Source: Tepidisphaeraceae bacterium (lineage in GTDB: Bacteria > Planctomycetota > Phycisphaerae > Tepidisphaerales > Tepidisphaeraceae). From it: DNA of 59,718 nucleotides. Under the pieces are notes generated by a model, which made no database searches, was not told where the DNA came from, and worked only from the letters and a program-made list of their open reading frames with translations. The stretch lies in NCBI GenBank assembly GCA_035648595.1, contig DASRLH010000059.1:1-59718 (forward strand). Direction: 5' to 3'. How positions within the stretch are numbered: the stretch's first letter is position 1; every line of letters begins with the position of its first letter. Both the position numbers and the translations under genes were made by a program. Shown one piece after another: positions 1 to 9,269 of the stretch.

Positions 1-2
1 GG

Positions 3-1721
3 GAAGGGGTGGGCCTCAGCTCATATTTGCTGATCGGCTATTACTATGAAAAGCCGGCGGCCCGCGAGGCGGCCAAGAAGGCGTTCCTCGTCAATCGCGT
101 CGGCGATTTCGGATTCGGCATTGGCATCTTGCTCTGCTTCCTGGCCTTCGGCACTGTCAGCTTTTTCGGCAATGGCCCGGGCACCCACACCGGCCTGCTC
201 GACTTGGCCACCTCCGGCCACCTCACAAATTTCCAGCAAACCGCCCTTTACTGGATTCCGTTTTGCCTGATGCTGGGCGCGTTCGGCAAATCGGCGCAGT
301 TTCCGCTGTACGTCTGGCTCCCCGATGCGATGGAAGGCCCCACGCCGGTCAGCGCATTGATCCACGCGGCAACGATGGTCACCGCCGGCGTCTACATGAT
401 CGCCCGGTGCGGGACGCTGTTCGTGCATAATCCCGCCGCCATGACCACCGTCGCGGTGATCGGCTGCTTTACCGCGATCCTTGGCGCCACCATCGCGCTG
501 CGGCAATTCGACCTCAAGAAAGTCTTCGCCTATTCCACCATCAGCCAGCTTGGATTCATGTTTGCCGCGGTTGGCGTTTTGGCGCCCGTGGCCGGCGTGT
601 TCCACCTGATCACGCACGCCTTCTTCAAGGCATTGCTATTCCTGTCCTGCGGCGTGGTGATGCACGCGATGGCTGGGGAGTTGGACATGCGGAAAATGAG
701 CGGCTTAAAGCGCGTGCTGCCGCTCACGCGATGGGTCATGCTGATCGGATGTTTGGCGCTGGCCGGCTGCGTACCGTTCAGCGGGTTTTTCTCCAAGGAT
801 GAAATCATCGGCGCGGCGTGGCATTCCAGCCCGATCCTGGGGGCGCTGCTGCTGGCCGCTGCTTTCGTCACCGCGTACTATACGTTCCGCCTGTATTTCC
901 GGGTATTTGAAGGGCCGTTGGTGCTTCCCGAGCCGCCTGGCGCGCATGGACACGGCCATGAAACGCATGAAGACGCATCCGCCAGTCATTCGGCAATCAA
1001 GACCGGCACGGCCCCGTCATCTGGCGTCGATGTCGGGCAAACGCATCAGGGCATCGCCAACGATTCGCACGGGCACGCGGCAGATCACGGGGGACATGGC
1101 GATCATGGTCATCACAATCATGAGCCGTGGATCATGATGCTGCCGTTGGTGATTCTGGCGCTCGGCGCGTTTGCCGCCGGCTGGCTTAATTTCCTCACCG
1201 AAGGCCTGACGCATTTCCTGGGTCAAAGCCCATCGTTTATCTACACATTTAACGTGGCCTCGCACGTTTACGGCACCGGCAATATTTTGCCCGGCCCTCT
1301 CGGGCAGGAAGTGGCGGGCATGGCGGCCGCCGGCCCGGATTACCTGATGATGGGCGTCAGCACCATCATCGCGTTGGCGGGAATCGGCCTGGCCTACGTG
1401 CTGCACCTCCGCGACCGCGCCGCCGCCGACCGGCTGGCGCGCGGCCTGCAGCCGGTCGCCACCGTGCTCGAACACAAATACTGGGTCGATGAAATCTACC
1501 AGGACGTTATCGTCGCCAACCTCTGGCGGCTGGGCCGGTTTTGTGCCGGGATCGTGGACCGGTTTATCGTCGATGGGTTGGTCAACGTGGCTGCCGTCAT
1601 CCCGCAGGCGGGCGGGTTTTTCCTGAAACTCACCGTCCAGCGCGGCTACCTGCAGGGCTACGCGGCGGCCATGCTGTTCGGCGTGGCGATTATTCTGCTG
1701 GTGGTTTTCCTGCACCATTAA
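3..1721 (+). CDS. nuoL: NADH-quinone oxidoreductase subunit L (5' end cut by the window edge)
   Basis: The frame is open to the window edge. The translation (WEGVGLSSYLLIGYYYEKP, AFLVNRVGDFGFGIG, HAFFKALLFL, many TM helices) matches the NuoL/ND5 antiporter-like subunit. nuoM and nuoN follow. A His-rich loop is encoded at about 945-1125. Confidence 0.9.
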   Translation, partial: EGVGLSSYLLIGYYYEKPAAREAAKKAFLVNRVGDFGFGIGILLCFLAFGTVSFFGNGPGTHTGLLDLATSGHLTNFQQTALYWIPFCLMLGAFGKSAQFPLYVWLPDAMEGPTPVSALIHAATMVTAGVYMIARCGTLFVHNPAAMTTVAVIGCFTAILGATIALRQFDLKKVFAYSTISQLGFMFAAVGVLAPVAGVFHLITHAFFKALLFLSCGVVMHAMAGELDMRKMSGLKRVLPLTRWVMLIGCLALAGCVPFSGFFSKDEIIGAAWHSSPILGALLLAAAFVTAYYTFRLYFRVFEGPLVLPEPPGAHGHGHETHEDASASHSAIKTGTAPSSGVDVGQTHQGIANDSHGHAADHGGHGDHGHHNHEPWIMMLPLVILALGAFAAGWLNFLTEGLTHFLGQSPSFIYTFNVASHVYGTGNILPGPLGQEVAGMAAAGPDYLMMGVSTIIALAGIGLAYVLHLRDRAAADRLARGLQPVATVLEHKYWVDEIYQDVIVANLWRLGRFCAGIVDRFIVDGLVNVAAVIPQAGGFFLKLTVQRGYLQGYAAAMLFGVAIILLVVFLHH

Positions 1722-1728
1722 GGCGGAG

Positions 1729-1985
1729 GATTCACCGCGGAGACGCGGAGACGCAGAGAAGAAACGGAGCGGAAGGTGCGCGTTTTAGGCCGCCGGTAGA
1801 ATTTCTGATCGAAGGGCAAGGAAATTGCCTGAGTGGCGGATTCGTCTTGTGTGCGACTTTTTCAGCTTGAAGCAACTCGCACGGGCGAGACGCCCGTGAT
1901 ACGTGACGGTTTCCGATTGAACGTAATCGCACGATGTTATGACTCACTCTTGAGACTTCTCTGCGCCTCTGCGTCTCCGCGGTAA
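1729..1985. repeat. Inverted low-complexity repeat pair (arms ~1729-1762 and ~1957-1985) enclosing one REP-A palindrome (1880-1898)
   Basis: Arm 1 is gattcaccgcggagacgcggagacgcagagaag. Arm 2 is cttctctgcgcctctgcgtctccgcggt, its near reverse complement. The palindrome cacgggcgagacgcccgtg lies between them. The pair fills the unusually long nuoL-nuoM spacer. Confidence 0.8.
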
Positions 1986-2048
1986 AATTTCTTCGATTGG
2001 CGTTGAGAAACGGCGTAGATGTTTCGGTTGCTAGTGGATTGAATTTCA

Positions 2049-3797
2049 ATGGACAATGTTTCGCTCATTGCATTGCTGGCGGTGCCGCTGTTTGGCGCGG
2101 TTTTGTGCGCGTTTATGAATGATGCGCTGGCGCGCGGGTGGGCTCTGCTCGTGAGCTTCGTGACGTTCGGCATTTCGCTGTGGCTTGGCGGGCAGGTTCT
2201 TTCGGGGCACGCGCCGGCGGTTCACCCGGCGTGGATGCCGGCGCATCTGCCGATGCTGGGCGCCAGCTTCGCGCTGGGCGTTACGCCCATCAGCATCTGG
2301 CTGATTTTGCTGACCACGTTTCTCATGCCGCTGGCAATCGCTTCGAGCTTCGCGGGCATCAAGGTCCGTCAGCGCGAATACTACGGGTGGATGCTGGGCC
2401 TGTCGGTGCCGATGCTCGGCGTATTCATGGCGCGCGACATCCTGCTGTTCTACGTCTTTTTCGAGCTGACGCTCATCCCGATGTTCTTCATCATCGGAAT
2501 CTGGGGCGGCACGGAGCGACGCTACGCCGCCGGCAAGTTCTTCCTCTTTACCTTCGCCGGCGGCGTGCTCACGCTGGCCGCCGCGGTGTATCTGGGCATG
2601 TCCGCCGGCACGTTTTCGCTGGATAACTGGATCGATCCCAATACCCACGCCATGCACTACGGCGTGATCAGCTACGCGCAGGCGTATCTGTCCAATACCG
2701 CCCGCTGGTGGGTCGTGCTTGGGCTGCTGGCGGGCTTCGCGGTGAAGACGCCGCTGTTTCCCGTGCATACCTGGCTTCCGCTGGCGCACACCGAAGCGCC
2801 CACGGCAGGCTCGGTCATCCTCGCCGGCGTGCTGCTCAAGCTGGGAACCTACGGATTGCTCGCACTGGCATTGCCGATCGGAATCATCGGCATAGAAAGC
2901 AGTGATGCATTCCAAACCCTGATTCATGTGATCGGCGTCATTTGCGTGATTGGCGTGATCTACGGCGCGCTGTGCGCCTGGGTGCAGCCGGACATCAAGA
3001 AGCTGGTCGCTTACAGCTCCGTCTCCCACCTGGGTTTTTGCGTGTTGGGAATGTTCGCCCTCAACGACATCGGCATGCAGGGCTCGGTCCTCTACATGAT
3101 CAATCACGGCCTGAGCACCGGCGCGATGTTCCTGGTGATCGGCATGATCTACGACCGCTATCACACGCGCGACATCAACAAGCTCTCGGGCCTGGCGCGC
3201 AACATGCCGGTGCTGTCGTTCTTCTTTATCTTCTTCACGCTTTCGAGCATCGGGCTGCCGGGCCTGAACGGATTTGTCAGCGAGTTTCTCACGATTCTGG
3301 GCGCCTTCACGTCGCATACCCTTGGACCCTGGTACGGGGCGACGGCGGCGCTGGGCGTGATCCTGGGCGCGATTTATATGCTCCATATGGCGGCCCGCGT
3401 GATCTTCGGCCCGCTCAAAACGCCCGCCGTGGAGGATGGCCACGGGCATGGTCAATCAGCTTACTCGCAAGCCGACCAGGGCCAGGCCCTCGCCGGCGAT
3501 CATCACGGCGCGCAAGGTTCGGCAAGCCATTCGCATTCACATGGCAACGGCTCGACCGACATCGGCCGCCGCGAGATCGGGATTCTCATTCCCATCGCCA
3601 TCGCGGTCGTGATTTTGGGCGTCAAGCCCGGCATCATCATTGACGGCATGCGCGACTCGGTCGAGCAACTCCGCACCGTCGCGACGCCGCTGGTGGCCCA
3701 AACGCCGCCGGCCGCGGGAATGACGCCGCTCGCGATGGCGAACCAGACAAAGATTCAACCACGAAGGCTCAAAGACACGAAGGCGCGTTCGGAGTAA
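2049..3797 (+). CDS. nuoM: NADH-quinone oxidoreductase subunit M
   Basis: 582-aa multi-TM ORF with ATG at 2049. The motifs FFELTLIPMFFIIGIWGG and KTPLFPVHTWLPLAHTEAPTAGSVILAGVLLKLG are typical of NuoM/ND4. A His-rich C-terminal loop is encoded at about 3430-3560. Confidence 0.9.
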   Translation: MDNVSLIALLAVPLFGAVLCAFMNDALARGWALLVSFVTFGISLWLGGQVLSGHAPAVHPAWMPAHLPMLGASFALGVTPISIWLILLTTFLMPLAIASSFAGIKVRQREYYGWMLGLSVPMLGVFMARDILLFYVFFELTLIPMFFIIGIWGGTERRYAAGKFFLFTFAGGVLTLAAAVYLGMSAGTFSLDNWIDPNTHAMHYGVISYAQAYLSNTARWWVVLGLLAGFAVKTPLFPVHTWLPLAHTEAPTAGSVILAGVLLKLGTYGLLALALPIGIIGIESSDAFQTLIHVIGVICVIGVIYGALCAWVQPDIKKLVAYSSVSHLGFCVLGMFALNDIGMQGSVLYMINHGLSTGAMFLVIGMIYDRYHTRDINKLSGLARNMPVLSFFFIFFTLSSIGLPGLNGFVSEFLTILGAFTSHTLGPWYGATAALGVILGAIYMLHMAARVIFGPLKTPAVEDGHGHGQSAYSQADQGQALAGDHHGAQGSASHSHSHGNGSTDIGRREIGILIPIAIAVVILGVKPGIIIDGMRDSVEQLRTVATPLVAQTPPAAGMTPLAMANQTKIQPRRLKDTKARSE

Positions 3798-3810
3798 TGG
3801 AAGTGTCAAC

Positions 3811-3911
3811 CTATCACGGGCGTCTCGCCCGTGCGATTGGCGCGGAAGTAGAACAATTGAGGTGTTGCAATCTTAGCACACTATGCACGGGCGGGACGCC
3901 CTTGATACGAC
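3811..3911. repeat. REP-A inverted pair (tatcacgggcgtctcgcccgtgc ... gcacgggcgggacgcccttgatacgac)
   Basis: Two copies of a ~27-nt palindrome-containing unit lie in opposite orientation about 50 nt apart, in the nuoM-nuoN spacer. The same architecture occurs at 55567-55670, with single copies at 1879-1906 and 41081-41107. Confidence 0.8.
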
Positions 3912-3967
3912 GAGGCGGCTCGATCCCTCGCATGTTCATTGATCTTGAGAATGACGGAACGCTTTAT

Positions 3968-5689
3968 ATGACAGTCCTAGTTCATTTGCTCTGGCCCGAG
4001 TTGATACTGGCGATCGCAGCGTGCGTGCTGTTCCTGCTGGGCGCGGCGCCTTCCGCGGGCGCGCGCAAGTTGGCGCCCTGGATCGCGCTGATCGCGCTGG
4101 CAATTGTTTTCTGCGCCTCGCTCTTCACCTCTGCGGGCAACCCTGATCCGGCGGATCATCGCTGGATCGATCCAACCGGCGGCGTACTCGTCGGCAGCCT
4201 CGCGGCATACATCAAGCTGCTGGCATCGGGCGTGGGCTGCCTGTTCGTCTTTCTCTCCTGGCCGACCGACGCGGCCGGCGGCTCCAATTCCGCGCTCGAT
4301 GTCGGCACCGAAACCGGCGAGTTCTTCGCGCTGCTTTTGCTTTCCATCGCCGGCGTGTTCCTCGTCGCCGGCGCCAACGACATCATGCTCCTGTTCCTGG
4401 GGATCGAGTTGGCCAGCATCCCAACCTACGTCATGGTTTCCATTTCCCGCCCCCTGCCGATCGCGCAGGAGGCGGGGGTGAAGTATTTCTTCCTGGGGGC
4501 GATGTCCGCCGCCGTCATGCTTTTTGGATTCAGCTATCTCTATGGCGCGACCGGAACCACAAGCCTCGCCGCGATGCGCGACTCCATGCATCCGGGCCTG
4601 CACGGCGATCGCGGCGAGTCGATCTGGCAGTTGCTGGCGATTGTCATGGTGCTCATGGGCCTGGCGTTTAAGATCGCCGCCGTCCCGCTTCACGCCTACG
4701 CCGGTGACGTTTACCAGGGGGCGGCGACGCCCGTTACCGCCCTGCTGGCGTTCGTGCCCAAGACCAGCGGCATGGTCGCGTTTATCAAGATCCTCTCCAT
4801 CACGCTTGGCCCCGCGGGCCACGCGCCCGATGCCATCATCGATTTGCTTTGGGTGATCGCGGTGCTGTCGATGTCGTTCGGCAATGTCCTGGCGCTGTTG
4901 CAACTGAACGTGAAGCGCGTGCTGGCCTATAGCTCGGTGGCGCACAGCGGGTATATGCTGGTGGGCCTGACGGCGTGGCTCGCCGCCGGCGAATTGCCCA
5001 ACGGGGCGGCGGTGCAGAACCAGGCGCTGGCCGGTGTGCTGTTTTACCTCTGCGCCTACGGCATCATGAACACCGGCGCGTTCGGCGTATTGATGCAACT
5101 GCGCGGCAGGACGGACGGCCATGGCCGCCACGGCGCCGATGGCGAGCCGCTGCCGACCGCCGGCTCCGCCGAGACATTCGAGGATCTGGCCGGGCAGGGC
5201 CGCCGATATCTGCCGCTGGGTCTGGCGATGGTGGTCTGCTGTTTCAGCCTGACCGGCTTGCCGTTGACGGTTGGATTCTTCGGCAAGGTGCTGTTGATTA
5301 AGCCGGCCCTGGCGATCGCCAGCCATCCCAATGCTTATAGCAGCATGATGGTCTGGCTGGTTGTGATCACGATGGTGAACGCGGCGATTTCCGCCGGTTA
5401 TTATCTGAAGATCATCGCGTATATGTTCCTGCGTGCCGACGCCTCGGAGTCCGCCGCCGCCGCGGGCTTGGCGCCCCAATACTTCCCGGCGTTCCGCTCG
5501 ACGCCGGTGCGGCTGGCGATCATCCTGTCGGTCGTCGGCACACTCTACTACGGCATCTTCCTGCCCGGCACGCGCGACCTCACCGACCGCGTGGAATCCG
5601 CCGCCGTCCCCATGCCGTCGACGGCGGGGGGAAACGTCGCGCATTCTCCGCAGGGTCTCTCGCCCGTGGCCCGCGCGAGCAGCCGGTAA
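3968..5689 (+). CDS. nuoN: NADH-quinone oxidoreductase subunit N
   Basis: The track ORF starts at 3797, inside the REP spacer. The first ATG followed by a hydrophobic N-terminus (MTVLVHLLWPELILAIAACVLFLL) is at 3968. The motifs LGIELASIPTYVMV and FKIAAVPLHAYAGDVYQGA are typical of NuoN/ND2. Confidence 0.85.
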   Translation: MTVLVHLLWPELILAIAACVLFLLGAAPSAGARKLAPWIALIALAIVFCASLFTSAGNPDPADHRWIDPTGGVLVGSLAAYIKLLASGVGCLFVFLSWPTDAAGGSNSALDVGTETGEFFALLLLSIAGVFLVAGANDIMLLFLGIELASIPTYVMVSISRPLPIAQEAGVKYFFLGAMSAAVMLFGFSYLYGATGTTSLAAMRDSMHPGLHGDRGESIWQLLAIVMVLMGLAFKIAAVPLHAYAGDVYQGAATPVTALLAFVPKTSGMVAFIKILSITLGPAGHAPDAIIDLLWVIAVLSMSFGNVLALLQLNVKRVLAYSSVAHSGYMLVGLTAWLAAGELPNGAAVQNQALAGVLFYLCAYGIMNTGAFGVLMQLRGRTDGHGRHGADGEPLPTAGSAETFEDLAGQGRRYLPLGLAMVVCCFSLTGLPLTVGFFGKVLLIKPALAIASHPNAYSSMMVWLVVITMVNAAISAGYYLKIIAYMFLRADASESAAAAGLAPQYFPAFRSTPVRLAIILSVVGTLYYGIFLPGTRDLTDRVESAAVPMPSTAGGNVAHSPQGLSPVARASSR

Positions 5690-5737
5690 TGGTCATCACC
5701 ACAGCGACGCGCCCAGCCAAAGCAGATACGCGCAGAG

Positions 5738-5930
5738 ACGCGGAGAGTCAAAGGCGCAGAGAACTTTTGCGCCCCATAACAGAACGATCGCGTCCAGCAA
5801 AGAAAACCGGCTTGCACGAATAATTTATCTTCATTCGTGTGCATTCGTGTCCATTCGTGGTTTCCCTCTTTCTTTGAATTGCGGGCTCGTCTGCTCTGAG
5901 CGACTTCGCGGCTTTGCGTCTTTGCGCAAT
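5738..5930. repeat. Nested intergenic repeats: a gcgcagagacgcggaga-type inverted pair around one cattcgtg-type unit (5829-5864)
   Basis: gcgcagagacgcggagagtcaaaggcgcagag (about 5738-5770) pairs with ctctgagcgacttcgcggctttgcgtctttgcgc (about 5895-5930). The central cttcattcgtgtgcattcgtgtccattcgtggtttc is the perfect inverse of 6776-6811. Confidence 0.75.
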
Positions 5931-6032
5931 TCTTTCCGGTGTGAAGAAAAAATGCCGGCAGTATCGCCAAGGACGACCAATCACTCGTGGCCGTCCTCTG
6001 CCCCCAATCCGGCCGGAGGTCGAGTGCGGGAT

Positions 6033-6725
6033 TCAATCGCCAAGGCTCATCCGATACCGGCATTTGGCGCGGTCGCCGCGGGCATGGAGCGGCTCATCCT
6101 CGGGGATTGCGACGATCTCGATAAGCCGTGCCCCCAGCCTTTCGCAGGTTCGCCGGGAGGCGAGGTTTTCGGGGTTGCAGGTGATCCAGAGCGTCTTGAT
6201 CCCATGTCGGCGGGCCAGGGGAAGCAGCAGCCGGCAGGCGCGCTCGGCGTAATGCCGGCCCCGCGCCGCCGGGTAGACGTGGTAGCCCATATGGCCGTAA
6301 TACAGTTCCAATGACCGCGTCGCGCCGATGCGCAGGCTGATGCCGCCCAGGATACTGAGCGGCGGGCTGCCGGGCCGGGCGCGGTACGCCTCGCGAAGTT
6401 TCATCCAGAAATGGTATTGAGGCAGGCGGCGGGTGAATCGGGCCGCCGATTCGTGGCCGCCGGGCGCCATCGTTAGAAAACGATGGATTTGTTCACGCGT
6501 GACCTGCGCGTCGGCAGGCGCCTGCAGGCATGTCAGCGGGTGGGAACTGGCCGCGAGCAATTCGTCGGCCAACCGGGCACAGGGAACCACCAACTCCAGC
6601 TCGCCGTCAATCAGCGGGCCGGGATCCAGGAAATGAAAGCGGTTGAAGAACACCGGGCCGCGCCCGATCTGAAGGTGACCGTGCCGGAGATGTTCCCCGG
6701 CGCGGCCCAGCCGGACTATTCCCAC
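6033..6725 (-). CDS. GNAT family N-acetyltransferase (start uncertain)
   Basis: The C-terminal part (HMGYHVYPAARGRHYAERACRLLLPLARRHGIKTLWITCNPENLASRRTCERLGARL) looks like the GNAT acetyl-CoA-binding core. The N-terminal 25 aa of the track ORF run through a repeat, so the start was moved to GTG 6725 (GTG 6653 is also possible). Confidence 0.6.
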   Translation of the reverse strand: MGIVRLGRAGEHLRHGHLQIGRGPVFFNRFHFLDPGPLIDGELELVVPCARLADELLAASSHPLTCLQAPADAQVTREQIHRFLTMAPGGHESAARFTRRLPQYHFWMKLREAYRARPGSPPLSILGGISLRIGATRSLELYYGHMGYHVYPAARGRHYAERACRLLLPLARRHGIKTLWITCNPENLASRRTCERLGARLIEIVAIPEDEPLHARGDRAKCRYRMSLGD

Positions 6726-6775
6726 GCAGACCCAAATACACTCAGCGCGGGCGAGCCCACAACCGAAACAGAGAA

Positions 6776-6853
6776 GAAACCACGAATGGACACGAATGCA
6801 CACGAATGAAGATTGATTATTCGTGTCTATTCGTGCTCATTCGTGGTTTCCCT
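6776..6853. repeat. Long imperfect hairpin of two cattcgtg-family units
   Basis: gaaaccacgaatggacacgaatgcacacgaatgaag, then the loop attgatta, then ttcgtgtctattcgtgctcattcgtggttt. It lies downstream of the 8009->6917 minus-strand genes and upstream of the GNAT gene, so it may be a terminator. Confidence 0.7.
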
Positions 6854-6916
6854 CTTCTTTTGATTACGGCGGCGCACGCGCTCAGTGCCTTCGTGGTTAA
6901 TCCCGCGCTTCTCGCG

Positions 6917-7072
6917 TTAAGTAGCGAACAGCGATGCGCCAAACAGGTTCTGGTGAACCATCCAGATGCAGATGAATGCGATGATCTCGGCGATGATGCC
7001 CACCGCCACCAACACCGTATATACGTTATTGGTCGGCTTCACTAAGATCTGGTCACCGTGCAAACGGCTCAT
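6917..7072 (-). CDS. Small membrane protein (51 aa, below the ORF-track cutoff)
   Basis: Hand translation gives MSRLHGDQILVKPTNNVYTVLVAVGIIAEIIAFICIWMVHQNLFGASLFAT, with one clear TM helix. It is co-oriented with 7137-8009 and 64 nt downstream of it. The RBS is weak. Confidence 0.35.
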   Translation of the reverse strand: MSRLHGDQILVKPTNNVYTVLVAVGIIAEIIAFICIWMVHQNLFGASLFAT

Positions 7073-7136
7073 GGAAATACCCGTCGTAAATTGTCAAATG
7101 CCCCCGCAATCAACGCGCGCCGCGAATCCGGCCAAA

Positions 7137-8009
7137 CTACAACTGCGTCCGCACTTCAGTGCCCTGATGCACCTGGCCAATCGCCGGGCCCTTCAGGCTG
7201 CCGGTGGCCGTGTGTGGATCAACCTGGACGATCGTCAGATAACCCAGGAATTCCTGGTGCGCAGGATCGATCACTTTGAACTGCATTCCCTTCGTCACCT
7301 GCTCGGCCTGCCCGATGGAAATGGTGGCGTACTGCACTTTGTTGATGTCCATGATCGCCTTCACGTAGCCGTTGATGTTGACGTTTGGCGTCATGTTGAT
7401 CGGGCCTTGCTTGTTGGCGCCCGCGGGGCTGAGGTTGTACTTGCTCACCACGTCCTGTAGCTGCGCGTTTTGCTGCTGCAACTGGGCGACCTGCTCGCCG
7501 GCAACACGATTGTTCTTGGTCAATACGCTGACCTGAAATGTCAGATCAGCGACGCTGCGGTCGCTCTCGGTGGATGCCAACTGAAGCTTGTCGTACGAAT
7601 TGCGCAGATCGGTGAAGTGCTTGTCCTGCGTCTGAATGTGCGACTGCGCCACCTGTAGCGCCTGGGCGGTGCCATTGGCGGTGCCGTTGGCGGTGGCCAG
7701 GTTCTGCTGAAGCTCGGCGATCTGCGTGTCGCGCTGCGAGATGGTCGCTTGCGCGGTCTGCACGTCATTGCGGGCCGCCACGATCTGGTCGTCCTTCGCC
7801 TGCACCATCAACCTGTTGTCCGTCTGGGCCGTACTTAAATTCCCGAGGGCCGCCCTCTTTTCCTGCTCGGTCGTCTTATACTTCGCGTCCGCCTTGTCGG
7901 CGGCGATTTTATAGTTTTCCTGATGATTCACAAAGACGATCAGCGCTGCGGAAAGCAGCAGGGACATGACAACGAGGAGGACTACAAAAATCTTGGTCAG
8001 TGCGCTCAC
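7137..8009 (-). CDS. Membrane-anchored coiled-coil protein, unknown function
   Basis: N-terminal TM anchor (IFVVLLVVMSLLLSAALIVFV), then about 170 aa of Q/A/T-rich coiled coil, then a C-terminal ~90-aa globular part. No family recognised. Confidence 0.6.
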   Translation of the reverse strand: MSALTKIFVVLLVVMSLLLSAALIVFVNHQENYKIAADKADAKYKTTEQEKRAALGNLSTAQTDNRLMVQAKDDQIVAARNDVQTAQATISQRDTQIAELQQNLATANGTANGTAQALQVAQSHIQTQDKHFTDLRNSYDKLQLASTESDRSVADLTFQVSVLTKNNRVAGEQVAQLQQQNAQLQDVVSKYNLSPAGANKQGPINMTPNVNINGYVKAIMDINKVQYATISIGQAEQVTKGMQFKVIDPAHQEFLGYLTIVQVDPHTATGSLKGPAIGQVHQGTEVRTQL

Positions 8010-8121
8010 GGTGGGCTCCTTGAACGAATGCTGTCGGGCAATGGTGCGCGCCCCATGTGCACGAGGGGCGCAAAATCCGCGAGAAGTATCCTAACTTCAA
8101 GGGCGGCGGTGTCAAGTATTT

Positions 8122-9159
8122 CTACGCTTTGAGTTGGAGGATGGCGGTTGCCGCCGCCACGCGCACGCCTGGCGCGGGGTCGGCCAGCAGCTTGCGGAGA
8201 ATCTCCTGGGCATCGGCCCGGCCAATCGCCCCAAACGCCAGCGCCGCCAGGCTTCGGCGGCGGGGGTCGTCGCTGGCCGCGCCGATTTGTGCAATCCCAT
8301 ATCCTTCATCCGAGCCGAGCATCCCCATGGCGCGGGCCGCAACCAGGGGCGGCTCAAGCGGATCATTCTTCCCCTCCAACACCAGCCCTCCGCGCACATG
8401 CTGGCGAACTTTGTCATCACGCGGCAGCGCAATGCCCAGATACCCGATCATTTGGTCATCATAGAATTTGCTGCACGTCAGGCCGACCAAATCCTTGAGC
8501 CCCTCATCATCCCCCAGCCGCCACATCGCCTCGGAGGCCTGTTCGCGCACGGCAGGGTTTGGATCGATCCGCAACAGGTGCAGGATGCGCAGCGCACTGG
8601 GATTTCCCAGCATGCCCAGGACCATCGCGGTATTGCCGCGCACGCGCGGGCTGGAATCGTTGGCGAGTTTTTCCAGTTCATGGCTCAGCCGCGTATCCCC
8701 CAGCCGATGCAAGGCGTATCGCACGGCCACGCGCACGTTCTCGCTGCGATCCTCCGCCAGCTTCAAAAGCGGCTCGTGGGCCGCCGCGAGCTTCAACTGT
8801 CCCGCCGCCAGCGCCGCCGCGAAGCGAACGACCGCCTCCGGATCGTTGAGCGCATGCAGAATCTGTTCGTTATGTGCCGGCCCCTTAATCTGCGGCAACG
8901 CCTCCAGCGCATGAACGCGAATAATCGGATCCGTGGAGTTGAGCGCATCGGTCAATTCCCGCTCCGCCGCCTCGGCCAGTCGCGGGTCGAGGGGAACCTT
9001 CCGTTGCGCCGGATAAGAAGGCGGCGGCGCGGGCGGCCTGGCCAGCTTTCCCTTCGTAGATCCCTCCCCTGGCCGCGAGCGGGGGCCGCAGCCACAGGCA
9101 ATCGCTAAAACGGCAAAGGATAGAACGATGAGGTTCGGTCGCATGGATTGTGTTCGCAC
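8122..9159 (-). CDS. HEAT-repeat lipoprotein
   Basis: Lipoprotein-like signal (LSFAVLAIACGCG) followed by repeated HEAT/PBS-lyase-like units (P.VR..A..AL..LGD). The start is either GTG 9159 or ATG 9144. Confidence 0.7.
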   Translation of the reverse strand: MRTQSMRPNLIVLSFAVLAIACGCGPRSRPGEGSTKGKLARPPAPPPSYPAQRKVPLDPRLAEAAERELTDALNSTDPIIRVHALEALPQIKGPAHNEQILHALNDPEAVVRFAAALAAGQLKLAAAHEPLLKLAEDRSENVRVAVRYALHRLGDTRLSHELEKLANDSSPRVRGNTAMVLGMLGNPSALRILHLLRIDPNPAVREQASEAMWRLGDDEGLKDLVGLTCSKFYDDQMIGYLGIALPRDDKVRQHVRGGLVLEGKNDPLEPPLVAARAMGMLGSDEGYGIAQIGAASDDPRRRSLAALAFGAIGRADAQEILRKLLADPAPGVRVAAATAILQLKA

Positions 9160-9269
9160 GGAGGGATTATCGGACGAAACGCGATAAAAAGCTAAGCCGC
9201 GAAATTCTCAACGCGCTGATTCGGAATGCGTAGCGCTTTCCGGGAGAGGGAGCTCATTGCATCAGCCGT

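Noticed and set aside
2046-3455. 469-aa minus-strand ORF opposite nuoM. Similar cases are 3977-5644 opposite nuoN and 1017-1718 opposite nuoL.
   Set aside because: These are Arg/His/Gln-rich shadow ORFs typical of high-GC DNA. They lie fully antisense to clearly conserved complex I genes.
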